Source: Thermoanaerobaculia bacterium (GTDB lineage Bacteria > Acidobacteriota > Thermoanaerobaculia > UBA5066). From it: a stretch of 40,129 nucleotides of DNA. Each line of letters opens with the position of its first letter. The stretch's first letter is position 1. A model generated the notes under the pieces. That model was not told where the DNA came from, made no database searches, and saw only the letters and a list, made by a program, of their open reading frames with translations. Below are positions 16,653 to 25,560 of the stretch, in pieces. A program made the translations under genes and the position numbers. The stretch lies in the NCBI GenBank assembly GCA_023151375.1, contig JAKLJB010000081.1, positions 1 to 40,129 on the forward strand, given 5' to 3'.

Positions 16653-18584
16653 ATGAACGAGAGTTCCCGCCCGAGACGGCGACCGCTCACCGAGATCCGG
16701 CGCACGGTCAGCGAGTTCGCGACCGCGGTCGCCTCGCAGCCCGCGGCCTGGCCCCACCTCTTCACCGTCTACAGACAGCGGATCGCCGCGACACAGGGAG
16801 CCGACCTGCCCGACGCTGTCTCGACCCTCGAGACCGAGCATCGGGGCCAGACTCAGAGATACCTTTTCACGGGACTCGAGAGTTTCGGCAAGGGCGGGAT
16901 GAACGCCGTCTCGAAGGGCATCGAGATCCTCACGGGCCGGACGGTCATCTTGAGACGCCATCTCCCGTCCGAGAGCGCGGCTGAAGAAGAGGTTCGCTCC
17001 CGGCGGGACTTCATCGTCCAGGACCGGATGACGGTCCTCAGAAGGCACCCCATCATCCCCCGCTTCTGGGCCACCGGGGAGTTCGAGGGACAGAGGTGCG
17101 AGGTCTTCGATTTCGCGCCCGGAATCAGCCTGGCGAGCTTCGTCAATCAGAAGGGACTCACCTACGGCGACTTTCTCGACTTCGGCTACCACGCCGCCCG
17201 GGGGCTCTTCCACCTCCACCAGCAGGGCCTCATCCACGGAGACGTCAAGCCCGAGAACTTCTGCGTGGAGAAACGAGTCCACCCCGACGGCCGGTCGCGC
17301 CTGCGCGTTCAGCTGATCGACTTCGACATCGTCTCGACGGCCGAGGAGCAGATCCGGCAGTACTCCCTCGGCATCGCCCTCGAGGGCACTCTCCCCTACA
17401 TGCCCCCGGAGAACTTCTGGCAGGACGTGCCCGAGGACGACCTCCTCGCGGAGAGGATGGTCTTCTCCAAGGACGTCTTCGCCCTCGGACTCACCCTCTA
17501 CAGGATCGGCAGCGGACGGTTCCCCGAGAACTTCTACACCTCCGTCGAGTCGCTCCTGGCCAAGAAGGTGGAAGGGACGCCGGCGGAGCTCCGATTCCCC
17601 GGCTCCTGGCCTCGCGAGCTCATCCAGCTCGTCGAGCTGATGAGCGCGAGCGACTGGGCCATGCGCCCGGCCCTGCGCTATGTCATCCAGGTGTTCAGGC
17701 GTTTCCGGGATCTGACCACCGAGGAGGAGCGCGAGGTCCACCTGACGTTCCCGGAGGCGCCCGACACGGAATCGGCCACCGCCGCGATGGCGCCGCTCGA
17801 GGGCGAGCACGTCGGCCCCTACCTCGTCATCAACCAGAACTTCTATCCGCGCTCCGGATCCGATGGCCAGACGCTGCCGCTCGCGGCTCTCAGAGACCGG
17901 TTTGGAAGGAACCTCATCGGCGTACCCTTCGCCTTCCGGACGGAAGAGGAGGAAAAGGCGTTCTACGAGGAGCGCAACGATGCCCTCAAGAAGCTCAACA
18001 CCCTCAGGCTGAAGCACCCCGAGCACTTCCCGGGCAGCTTCCGGGACCTCGTGAGGGAGCACCGCGGAGGGCAGTACCTCGTCTGGATCATTCGCCCCCT
18101 GCTCGAAAACGCCAAGCCGCTCCCCCAGTTCCTCGAGGAGGAGAACCCGAACGCGACGCCAAAAGAGCGGCTCCAGATTCTGCGCAAGACCGCCGAGGCC
18201 CTGGCCTTGCTCGAGGAGGCCGGGTTCCACCTGCCCCAGCTGACGCCGGATCTCATCTTCTTCATCCCGCTCGCCAACGACGTCCCCGGGGTCTCTCTGA
18301 CTCGCGGGGCCATCACCCGGCCCGTGACGAGGATGTTCGACGTCCTGTCGAGACGCCCGGAAAACCGCTTCCGGCAGGAACTGATGGGCACGGCCTCGGT
18401 GAGACGAGGAGCCATGGGAACCAAGGACCCCACGGTCCCGGGCTTCCTCCAGATCGCGGAAGACATCCGCGTCCTGAGGGACCTCTCGATCGGCGAGACG
18501 ATCATGTTTCTCGCCATTCGCGAGGCCACGACCTGGCGGGAGCGCCTGAGCATCATCTTGATGCTCGAGATGCAGCAAGGCTGA
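16653..18584 (+). CDS. Atypical eukaryotic-like Ser/Thr protein kinase fused to a second, degenerate kinase-like domain
   Basis: HGDVKPENF (catalytic loop, non-RD), IDFDIV (DFG-like), GTLPYMPPE (APE-like), G-loop-like FGKGGMNAV. The C-terminal half repeats a degraded catalytic-loop-like FHLPQLTPDLIFF. Confidence 0.65.
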   Translation: MNESSRPRRRPLTEIRRTVSEFATAVASQPAAWPHLFTVYRQRIAATQGADLPDAVSTLETEHRGQTQRYLFTGLESFGKGGMNAVSKGIEILTGRTVILRRHLPSESAAEEEVRSRRDFIVQDRMTVLRRHPIIPRFWATGEFEGQRCEVFDFAPGISLASFVNQKGLTYGDFLDFGYHAARGLFHLHQQGLIHGDVKPENFCVEKRVHPDGRSRLRVQLIDFDIVSTAEEQIRQYSLGIALEGTLPYMPPENFWQDVPEDDLLAERMVFSKDVFALGLTLYRIGSGRFPENFYTSVESLLAKKVEGTPAELRFPGSWPRELIQLVELMSASDWAMRPALRYVIQVFRRFRDLTTEEEREVHLTFPEAPDTESATAAMAPLEGEHVGPYLVINQNFYPRSGSDGQTLPLAALRDRFGRNLIGVPFAFRTEEEEKAFYEERNDALKKLNTLRLKHPEHFPGSFRDLVREHRGGQYLVWIIRPLLENAKPLPQFLEEENPNATPKERLQILRKTAEALALLEEAGFHLPQLTPDLIFFIPLANDVPGVSLTRGAITRPVTRMFDVLSRRPENRFRQELMGTASVRRGAMGTKDPTVPGFLQIAEDIRVLRDLSIGETIMFLAIREATTWRERLSIILMLEMQQG

Positions 18585-18684
18585 GACCGAAAGAGGGAGG
18601 CCGCGGAGAGCGCAAAAGCCCGCTGCTCACGTCTCGCTCTCTCAAAAAGAGACCACGGCGTCGCCAGATCTATAGAATCAGTGC

Positions 18685-19233
18685 GTGCCCAGCCGAAAGG
18701 CGATGTCCCGCTGCTCTGAAGAGCCATGCGTCTACAGGGATCTCTTCGACGCCGTCGAGGACATCCTGTACGTGCGGGATCTCGACGGCGTCATCCTGGA
18801 GATCAACGAGGCAGGAGCGAGGTTTCTCGGAAAGCCGAAGGAGAAGATCATCGGAACGACGTTCCATGGAGCCCCCGTGGACGACAGGGCGATGAGCCTG
18901 ATGGAGACGAATCTGGCCCTCTTGGAAAACGGCACGGACCGTTCGACCGTCAAGCTCACCGGTGCCGATGGCGCCGAGCACGTCTTCGAGTGCCGCGCCA
19001 CCCTGATGCTCGACCCCCGGACTCGCAATCCGGCGGGGGCGTTCGGAGTGATGCGAGAGATCACGATGACCCTCATCGAAGAGCAGAGGGCGAGGCTCCG
19101 GCCCGCCTTCGAGGGGAACGCGCCCTCGTGGCTCGCGGATCCCCCGGCCTCGGCCGCATCGGACGTCGCGACCTGCGAGCTCCCCGGACTCCGAGAGGCG
19201 AAGGAGCCTCGAAAGGGGGGCGTGAGGCCGTGA
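18685..19233 (+). CDS. Stand-alone PAS-domain sensor protein
   Basis: YRDLFDAVEDILYVRDLDGVILEINEAGARFLGKPKEKIIGTTF PAS core. GC3 is high. The start is ambiguous: GTG 18685 immediately after a TATAGAAT -10-like box, or ATG 18703. Confidence 0.7.
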   Translation: MPSRKAMSRCSEEPCVYRDLFDAVEDILYVRDLDGVILEINEAGARFLGKPKEKIIGTTFHGAPVDDRAMSLMETNLALLENGTDRSTVKLTGADGAEHVFECRATLMLDPRTRNPAGAFGVMREITMTLIEEQRARLRPAFEGNAPSWLADPPASAASDVATCELPGLREAKEPRKGGVRP

Positions 19234-20306
19234 CCGAACAGAGAAACGACGCCGGCTTTCTCGCCCCGCTCTCCAACGCGCAGAGCTTCGAGGCCCTGCG
19301 CCGGCTCCACGGTGTCATGATGGTCGAGGAGAAGTGGACCGACTGGGAGGCGACCGGGTTCTCCTGGTGGCCGGGCCGGCTGAGGCAGAGGCTTCACATC
19401 GAAGAGGTGGACTGGCGGGGATACCAGGCCCGGCGCCTGGTGGCGGAGACGGACCTCTACTCCGGAAGTCCCGGCGCGGCCGCGCTTGAGGGATTCTGTG
19501 AGCTCTCGCGCTTTCCCCCGCTCAGCCACTTCGTGGTCGATCAGGACGCGAAGCGGACGGCTCTCAGGGCGCATCTCTTGCTTGCCGAGGCCTGGGAGGC
19601 CGAGATGGTCGCCCGTTTCTCGGTCGTGGCGATCTTGCAGGCGACCTTCGCGGAGCTCGGGGGCGAGGGCCTCGCCTCGCGCTTCGGTCTTGCGCTCGAC
19701 ACGAGCCAGCACCCCGAGAGCGGCGAGAGAGAACACCCGGACGGTCTCCTGAGCCTGGCCGCGGCCGAGATCGTGCCCGCCGGCCGGGACGGATCGGCCT
19801 GGAACACTCCGGAGGTCTTCGAGGAGGTCTCCGAGATCCTCGTGGATGCGGACGCCCGGGTGACATCGACGCGAGCCGGGCTCCTCTCGGCGCGCCTCCC
19901 CTCGCCCGAGCCCGGGGGCGACCGCTACGCGCCCCGTTCCTCGGCCCTCCTGCAGATCCAGTTCGAGGCGAACCACCCGGAGCTCGCGAACGGAGCCTGC
20001 CTGAGACTCTTCCTGCCTCACCACCTCACGGAGGCGGCGGGATCGCCCGCACTGACCGCCCTCACCTTGAACTCGCGAGAGATCGAGGGGGTGGACGCTC
20101 CCGCCTTCGGCTTCGGGGCCTGGTGCCTGGAGCACTCGATTCCCGAGGTCATCGAGTTCGCGGTGAAGCCTTCGCCCGCGCGGCTCTGCCACGTGGTCTT
20201 CATCCCGAACTATCTCCACGGCGAGAGCATCTTGCCCCTCCTTCTCGAGGACGAGATCCTCAGGTCGGCCTGGGCGCTGGATGTCCTCGGGGAAACCCGG
20301 AAGTAG
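19230..20306 (+). CDS. Hypothetical protein, translationally coupled to the PAS protein
   Basis: Very high GC3 in this frame for about 1.07 kb. GTG 19230 overlaps the PAS TGA (GTGA). No recognisable motif. Trp-rich N-terminus (WTDWEATGFSWWPGRL). Confidence 0.55.
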   Translation: MTEQRNDAGFLAPLSNAQSFEALRRLHGVMMVEEKWTDWEATGFSWWPGRLRQRLHIEEVDWRGYQARRLVAETDLYSGSPGAAALEGFCELSRFPPLSHFVVDQDAKRTALRAHLLLAEAWEAEMVARFSVVAILQATFAELGGEGLASRFGLALDTSQHPESGEREHPDGLLSLAAAEIVPAGRDGSAWNTPEVFEEVSEILVDADARVTSTRAGLLSARLPSPEPGGDRYAPRSSALLQIQFEANHPELANGACLRLFLPHHLTEAAGSPALTALTLNSREIEGVDAPAFGFGAWCLEHSIPEVIEFAVKPSPARLCHVVFIPNYLHGESILPLLLEDEILRSAWALDVLGETRK

Positions 20307-20359
20307 GACTCCGAAACTGCCAGCGCCCGCGGCCCCCGCCTTGCGCTACTCTGTCCGGC

Positions 20360-21532
20360 ATGCCACTCGTGATCGACTTCGACCTGGTTCGTGACGCCGC
20401 AATCCAGAAGACCAAGGTGAAGGAGCTCTGCGACACCGCGGAAGAGATCTACGAGGACGGCTTCTACCCGATGATGGAGGTTGTCAGACCCTGGTCGCGT
20501 CACAATCCCGTGCTCCAGGGCGAGCTCGCGTGCCCCCGGGCGATCCGGTGGTTCCTGGAACGGGAGCTGACGAAGCTCGCGCAATCGAAGGCCAAGGTCT
20601 CGGTGGGAGCCTCGCGGCCCGTCCTCGGCTTTGATGATCCCGCTCTTTTCTCGGCCCTCGACGAGCGTGAGTGGGACCTGCGGAAAAAGAAGCTCATCCT
20701 GTTTCGTCCGGAGAGAATCGCGCTCTCGCTCAACCGTCTCGAGCACTACACGGGGAGCAAGCCCGAGTGGTTCCAGCGCTTCGTCCTCTTCACGAACTAC
20801 ACGATGCACGTGGAGGTGTTCCTCAACGCTTTTCCGGATGCGCTCAGGCCCCGGCAGAACGGCGTGCAGATGCCGGCCTACCATCACGTGATGCCCGGCA
20901 ACACGGGCGTCACGCTCCTCAATATCGGGGTCGGACCCGCCAACGCGAAGACGATCACGGACCACCTCGCGGTGCTCCGGCCGGACGCGATGATCATGGT
21001 CGGCCACTGCGGGGGGGTCAGAAACCACCAGGAGATCGGGGATCTCGTCATTGCGACGGCCTTCATGAGGGGCGACCGCGTGATGGACGAGATCCTGCCG
21101 AGGAGCGTGCCGGTCGCCTCGAATCACCACCTGAATTCCGGCCTGATCGCCGCGCTCGACCGCCGCGATGCCCCCTACCGGATCGGGACGGTCTACACGA
21201 CCGGCAACCGGAACTGGGAGTTCGACCCGAAAGACACGATCGAGGAGATGGCCCTCTGCCGGGCCGTCGCCATCGACATGGAGTCCGCCACCATCGCGGC
21301 GAACGGGTTCAGATACCGGATCCCCTTCGCGGCGCTCCTCTCCGTCAGCGACAAACCGCTTCACGGCAAGCCGAAGCTCTCGGCGGAGGCCCAGCTCTTC
21401 TACAAGGCGAGCCGGGAGCAGCACCTGGCCACGGCCATCGAGGCGATCGAGAAGATCCGGGTCCAGTTCCCCGACGGCCTTCCGACCGGAGACATCCGGT
21501 CGATCGATGAACCGCTCCTCGGCAACCGCTGA
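20360..21532 (+). CDS. amn: AMP nucleosidase
   Basis: Collinear with E. coli Amn: LEHYTGSKPEWFQRFVLFTNYT, GVGPANAKTITDHLAVLRPD, MVGHCGG, AVAIDMESATIAA, SDKPLHG. Shorter N-terminal domain than E. coli. Trimmed from the track ORF to ATG 20360. Confidence 0.85.
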   Translation: MPLVIDFDLVRDAAIQKTKVKELCDTAEEIYEDGFYPMMEVVRPWSRHNPVLQGELACPRAIRWFLERELTKLAQSKAKVSVGASRPVLGFDDPALFSALDEREWDLRKKKLILFRPERIALSLNRLEHYTGSKPEWFQRFVLFTNYTMHVEVFLNAFPDALRPRQNGVQMPAYHHVMPGNTGVTLLNIGVGPANAKTITDHLAVLRPDAMIMVGHCGGVRNHQEIGDLVIATAFMRGDRVMDEILPRSVPVASNHHLNSGLIAALDRRDAPYRIGTVYTTGNRNWEFDPKDTIEEMALCRAVAIDMESATIAANGFRYRIPFAALLSVSDKPLHGKPKLSAEAQLFYKASREQHLATAIEAIEKIRVQFPDGLPTGDIRSIDEPLLGNR

Positions 21533-21607
21533 GGCGGGCGGTCCGCTAAGATTACGGCCGATTTCCGCAGGGCCCCGCGCGACGGGGCCGGCAAGGAAGG
21601 AACCCGC

Positions 21608-22357
21608 ATGAAAAAGGTCGTTCTCCTCCGGCATGGCGAGAGCCAGTGGAATCTCGAGAACCGGTTCACGGGCTGGACCGATGTCGACCTGACCCCGAAG
21701 GGAGTCGAGGAGGCCAAGACAGCCGCCCGGCTCCTGACCGAAGCCGGATTGACGTTCGATGTGGCCTACACCTCCGTCCTGAAGAGGGCCATCCGGACCC
21801 TCTGGCTGACGCTCGATGGGATGGATCTCATGTGGATCCCCGTCATCAGGAACTGGAGGCTGAACGAGCGCCACTATGGAGCCCTCCAGGGGCTCAACAA
21901 GGCCGAGACGGCCGCCAAGTTCGGCGACGCCCAGGTGAAGCTCTGGCGCAGGAGCTATGCCGTTCCGCCCCCGGCGCTGACGCCCGAGGACGAGCGGTAC
22001 CCGGGCAAGGACCGGCGCTACAGCGGGCTCTCGCCCGAAGAAATGCCCCTGACCGAGTCCCTGAAGGACACGGTCGCCCGCTTCGTTCCCTACTGGGAAA
22101 CTGTCATCGCGCCGGCCGTCAAGGCCGGGGAGCGCGTCCTGATCGCCGCCCACGGCAACAGCCTGCGGGCGCTGGTCAAGCACCTCGACGGCCTGTCGGA
22201 AGAGGCCATCATCGAGCTCAACATCCCCACCGCCATCCCGCTGGTCTACGAGTTGGACGACGACCTGAAACCCCTGAAGAACTACTACCTCGGCGATCCA
22301 GAGGCCGCCAAGAAGGCGGCGGAGGCGGTCGCCAAGCAGGCAGCGGCAAAGGCGTAG
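21608..22357 (+). CDS. gpmA: 2,3-bisphosphoglycerate-dependent phosphoglycerate mutase
   Basis: [50 protein letters not shown] upstream. Confidence 0.9.
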   Translation: MKKVVLLRHGESQWNLENRFTGWTDVDLTPKGVEEAKTAARLLTEAGLTFDVAYTSVLKRAIRTLWLTLDGMDLMWIPVIRNWRLNERHYGALQGLNKAETAAKFGDAQVKLWRRSYAVPPPALTPEDERYPGKDRRYSGLSPEEMPLTESLKDTVARFVPYWETVIAPAVKAGERVLIAAHGNSLRALVKHLDGLSEEAIIELNIPTAIPLVYELDDDLKPLKNYYLGDPEAAKKAAEAVAKQAAAKA

Positions 22358-22491
22358 CGCCGCTCCGCCAGGCCCCGAAGGCCCGTCTCTACAGGGAGAG
22401 GGCTTTGCCTGGCGGTCCCTGTCGCCCAGAAGCCGCTCTCTACCAGGGGAGGGGCAACGCCAAGGACGCGGGGTGAGATCCCCCAGAAGCA

Positions 22492-22527
22492 CTCGAGGCG
22501 GCCTTTTGGCCGCCTCGAGGTCTTCTT
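22492..22527. terminator. Bidirectional intrinsic terminator between convergent gpmA and etfA
   Basis: Perfect 12-bp stem CTCGAGGCGGCC / GGCCGCCTCGAG around a TTTT loop (22492-22519), followed by GTCTTCTT. It sits exactly between two convergent stop codons. Confidence 0.7.
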
Positions 22528-22545
22528 ACCGGGAATGGTTGGGCT

Positions 22546-23523
22546 TCAGCCCTTCATCTTCTTGGCGGCCTCGGTCATGGCCGGGACGATCTGGAAGAGA
22601 TCGCCGACGACGCCGTATGTGGCGACCTTGAAGATCGGGGCTTCGGGGTCCTTGTTGATGGCCACGATGACCTTCGAGGAACCCATGCCCGCCAGGTGCT
22701 GGATGGCGCCGGAAACGCCGCACGCCACGTAGAGCGAGGGAGAGACGACCTTGCCGGTCTGGCCCACCTGGTGAGAGTGGTCGATCCAGCCCGCGTCGAC
22801 CGCCGCGCGAGAGGCGCCGAGGGCCGCGCCGAGTTCCTTGCAGAGCCCGCGCAGGATCGGCCAGCTCTCGGGTCCCTTGATGCCGCGTCCGCCGGTGACG
22901 ATCTTGTCGGCCTCGGCCACGTCGAGCTCGCCCGCTTCCGAGGTCTCGAGCTTCACGACCTTCGCCCGGATCTTCAGACCGGCGAGGTCGAGATTCACGA
23001 TTTCACCCGCTCCCGGAGCGTCCTTCGACGCCGGGAAGACGTTCGGGCGGGGGGTTGCGATCTGCAGGGCGGCACCGGCGGCGGGGGCCACCGTGGCGCG
23101 CGCCTTGCCGGAGTAGACCGAGCGGTTCCCGACGAGGTTTCCGCCCTCGATGTCCAGAGCCATCACGTCCGAGAGCATGCCGGCCTTCTTGCGGGCGGCA
23201 AAGCGCGGAGCGACGTCCTTGCCCATGGTCGTCGCGGAAACGAGGACGACATTCGGGGAGAACGCCTTGGCGGCGGCGTCGAGCGCGGCCACGTAGCCCT
23301 CGCAAGAATAGAGAGCGAGATCGGCGTGGTCGGCCACGAAGACCTTGGCCGCGCCATAGGCCGAAAGCTCACCGGCGAGCCCGGCAATGCCCGAGCCGGC
23401 CACGACGGCGGCGACGGAGCCGCCACTCTTCTTCGCCAGGTTCCGGCCAAGGGTCAGAGCCTCCAGGGAGGCCTTGCGAATCTTTCCATCACGCTGTTCG
23501 ATGAAAACGAGAACGTTCGCCAT
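22546..23523 (-). CDS. etfA: Electron transfer flavoprotein alpha subunit
   Basis: [18 protein letters not shown]-binding C-terminus [27 protein letters not shown]. Confidence 0.9.
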   Translation of the reverse strand: MANVLVFIEQRDGKIRKASLEALTLGRNLAKKSGGSVAAVVAGSGIAGLAGELSAYGAAKVFVADHADLALYSCEGYVAALDAAAKAFSPNVVLVSATTMGKDVAPRFAARKKAGMLSDVMALDIEGGNLVGNRSVYSGKARATVAPAAGAALQIATPRPNVFPASKDAPGAGEIVNLDLAGLKIRAKVVKLETSEAGELDVAEADKIVTGGRGIKGPESWPILRGLCKELGAALGASRAAVDAGWIDHSHQVGQTGKVVSPSLYVACGVSGAIQHLAGMGSSKVIVAINKDPEAPIFKVATYGVVGDLFQIVPAMTEAAKKMKG

Positions 23524-23553
23524 GGATACTCTTCCTTCCTGATCCCTGAAAAC

Positions 23554-24342
23554 CTACAGAACCTTCGCTTCGTCGCGGAGCAGGCGGAGGAGCTCCTCCG
23601 CGGCCTTGGCGGGGTCGTCCGCCGGCACGAGCTTGACGGCCTGACGGGCCGGGGGCAGCTCGAGCTTGGTCCAGCGCACGGGCGACTTGTCCCCGCTCAT
23701 CGCGGCGGCATCCACACCCACCTCGGCGGGCTTCTTCACCGCGATCTGCTTCTTCTTGGCGGCCATGATGCCCTTGAGGGAGGCGTAGCGCGGCTCGTTG
23801 AGCCCCTTCTGCGCGCCGATCACGGCCGGCAGCGGGCACTCGACGACTTCCTTGGCCCCCTCGATCTCTCTCCAGGCAGTGACCGCACCGGCCTTCCACT
23901 CGATCTTCGTCACGAGGTTCACGTGCGGCAGGTCGAGGAACTCGGCCACCATCGGCACCATCACCTGGGCGTCGGTGCCAACGCCCTTGTTGCCGAGCCA
24001 CACGACGTCGTACTTGAGCGTCTTGATCGCGCCCGCAAGCATCTGGGCCACGCCGAGGGAGTCAACATCCGCGATCCCTTCGGAGGCGATGCGGATCGCT
24101 TCGTCCGCTCCGCGCGCCAGGCACTCACGCAGACCGACATCGGCTCGAGCCGGACCGTACGTGACCACCGTGACCGTTCCCCCCTTGGCTTCCTTGGCCT
24201 TGATGGCCTCCTCCAGGGCGAACTCGTCATAGGGCGACACGATCCACTTGACGTCAGCCTCGTCGATCGACTTCCCATCGGAGCCGATCTTGATCTTGGT
24301 TTCTGTATCCGGAACGTACGCTATGCAGACGACGTGATTCAT
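23554..24342 (-). CDS. etfB: Electron transfer flavoprotein beta subunit
   Basis: MNHVVCIAYVPDTETKIKI, SPYDEFALEEA, EtfB signature region. AGGAAGG SD for etfA in the 30-nt gap. Confidence 0.9.
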   Translation of the reverse strand: MNHVVCIAYVPDTETKIKIGSDGKSIDEADVKWIVSPYDEFALEEAIKAKEAKGGTVTVVTYGPARADVGLRECLARGADEAIRIASEGIADVDSLGVAQMLAGAIKTLKYDVVWLGNKGVGTDAQVMVPMVAEFLDLPHVNLVTKIEWKAGAVTAWREIEGAKEVVECPLPAVIGAQKGLNEPRYASLKGIMAAKKKQIAVKKPAEVGVDAAAMSGDKSPVRWTKLELPPARQAVKLVPADDPAKAAEELLRLLRDEAKVL

Positions 24343-24419
24343 CTCTGCTCCCTCTAGAAATTGACGCGAGACCCCGGACGGGGCCCGTGAATCAAACTAC
24401 CACGCTCCCGGGACGTCCG

Positions 24420-24590
24420 GCACAAAAAACCGTAGGAACCTCTCAGAACGCCCGCAAATCCCTCCATTCCATTGATTTCCCCTATTTACTCCAATTTCTC
24501 TCTTTTCCCCGCACCCTTGACTTACGTCTTTTTTGCGACTAGCGTTAGTCAGGCGCAAATACGGATTCGTGCTCGAGGGGGGAAAGGATC
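24420..24590. promoter_or_regulatory. AT-rich divergent control region (etfBA leftward, imuAB-dnaE2 rightward) with -35-like TTGACT and a GACTA-N4-TAGTC palindrome
   Basis: Local GC drops sharply (CCATTCCATTGATTTCCCCTATTTACTCCAATTTCTCTC...). TTGACT at 24517-24522. Inverted repeat GACTAgcgtTAGTC at 24537-24550. GAAC-N6-GAAC at 24436-24449. Confidence 0.35.
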
Positions 24591-24688
24591 ATGGAGGCTC
24601 TTCAGATGGTGGGGGCGAGGGAAGCAGGAGGAACGGGAAAAGCTGGCGAACGCGGCACGGCCGAGATCGCGGGAATGACCTCATCGGG

Positions 24689-25549
24689 GTGGCCAGGAGG
24701 GACGCCAGGCACGGCGGTGGTCGCACGGTTGAGGGCGGCTCTTCCAGACTCCCTCTCTTCCTTTCTTTCCCGGGGAACGGACCTCTTGCAACAAGGATTC
24801 CGGGGTTTGACGAAGTGCTGGGGGGCGGTTTGCCGAAGGGAGAGGTCGTCGAGATCACCGGCTCTCGTTCCTCGGGCCGTTTTTCGCTCGTCCTGTCGCT
24901 TCTGGCCGCCGTGACGAGCCAGGGGAATTCCGCGGTTTTCATCGACTTGGGGGACAGTCTCGACCCGCGAGCCGTCCGGGCGGAGGGAGGGGATCCGTCC
25001 CGGCTCCTCTGGGTGCGGCCCCGGAAGTTCCGGGAGGCCCTGGTGGCGGCGGAGATCGTGGCGGCGACGGGGTTTTCGCTCGTCGTTCTCGACCTGGGGG
25101 TGGATCCGATCCGGCGCGGGCCCTTCCGGGAAGCGGCTCCCTGGCTCCGGCTGGCCCGGACGGTCCGGACGCACGACACGGCCTTCGTGATCCTCGGCGC
25201 CACGAGGGTGAGTGGACCGGCGGCGCGTCATGTCCTGTCGCTTGCGCGCCCCCGCTCGTTCTGGAAGATCGAGGCTCCTGCTCCCCCGCTCCTCGAGGGG
25301 CTGGCAACCGGTCTACTGGTCGAGAAGCACCCCGGGTCAGGGCCCGGGCTCTACCGGCGGATCCGCTTCCAGGTCCCCGAAGCTCTGACCCGGCCGGAGC
25401 GTCTCGAGCATGAGGAGCGTGGACGGGCGGCCGGCTCCGTTCCCGCGGTGGCGGCGGAGGCGCCGGTGCTTCGCAACCCGGAAAGCGCAGAGGGCGGAGC
25501 CCCGTCGAAAGCCGCGGCCGCCGTTCACCGGCGGGCAGTGGGGGCGTAA
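24689..25549 (+). CDS. imuA: ImuA (RecA-fold, SulA-like mutasome component); start uncertain
   Basis: Conserved ImuA block IPGFDEVLGGGLPKGEVVEITG with degenerate Walker A (GSRSSGRFS), then FIDLGDSLDP...RLLWVRP...AAEIVAATGFSLVVLDLG. High GC3 begins only near 24795. GTG 24689 is the nearest in-frame start. First gene of the imuA-imuB-dnaE2 cassette. Confidence 0.65.
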   Translation: MARRDARHGGGRTVEGGSSRLPLFLSFPGNGPLATRIPGFDEVLGGGLPKGEVVEITGSRSSGRFSLVLSLLAAVTSQGNSAVFIDLGDSLDPRAVRAEGGDPSRLLWVRPRKFREALVAAEIVAATGFSLVVLDLGVDPIRRGPFREAAPWLRLARTVRTHDTAFVILGATRVSGPAARHVLSLARPRSFWKIEAPAPPLLEGLATGLLVEKHPGSGPGLYRRIRFQVPEALTRPERLEHEERGRAAGSVPAVAAEAPVLRNPESAEGGAPSKAAAAVHRRAVGA

Positions 25550-25560
25550 GGAGGGATCCC

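Noticed and set aside
18606-18641. 7-bp inverted repeat GAGAGCG / CGCTCTC after the kinase gene, as an intrinsic terminator
   Set aside because: The 22-nt loop is too long and the stem is followed by an A-run, not a U-tract, on the sense strand.
21567-21585. Perfect hairpin GGCCCCG-cgcga-CGGGGCC between amn and gpmA, as a terminator
   Set aside because: No U-tract follows it. It lies 20 nt before the gpmA SD, so it is more likely an mRNA processing or stability element. Not reported as a feature.
24436-24449. GAAC-N6-GAAC as an alphaproteobacterial-type LexA direct-repeat box
   Set aside because: The canonical motif has N7 spacing. It also sits closer to etfB than to imuA. Kept only as a note within the AT-rich island finding.
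24591-24914. Frame-0 ORF (107 aa) opened by the strong SD+ATG upstream of imuA, as an independent protein gene
   Set aside because: It has a Gly-rich composition and GC3 of about 65%. It is retained only as part of the imuA 5' ambiguity finding.
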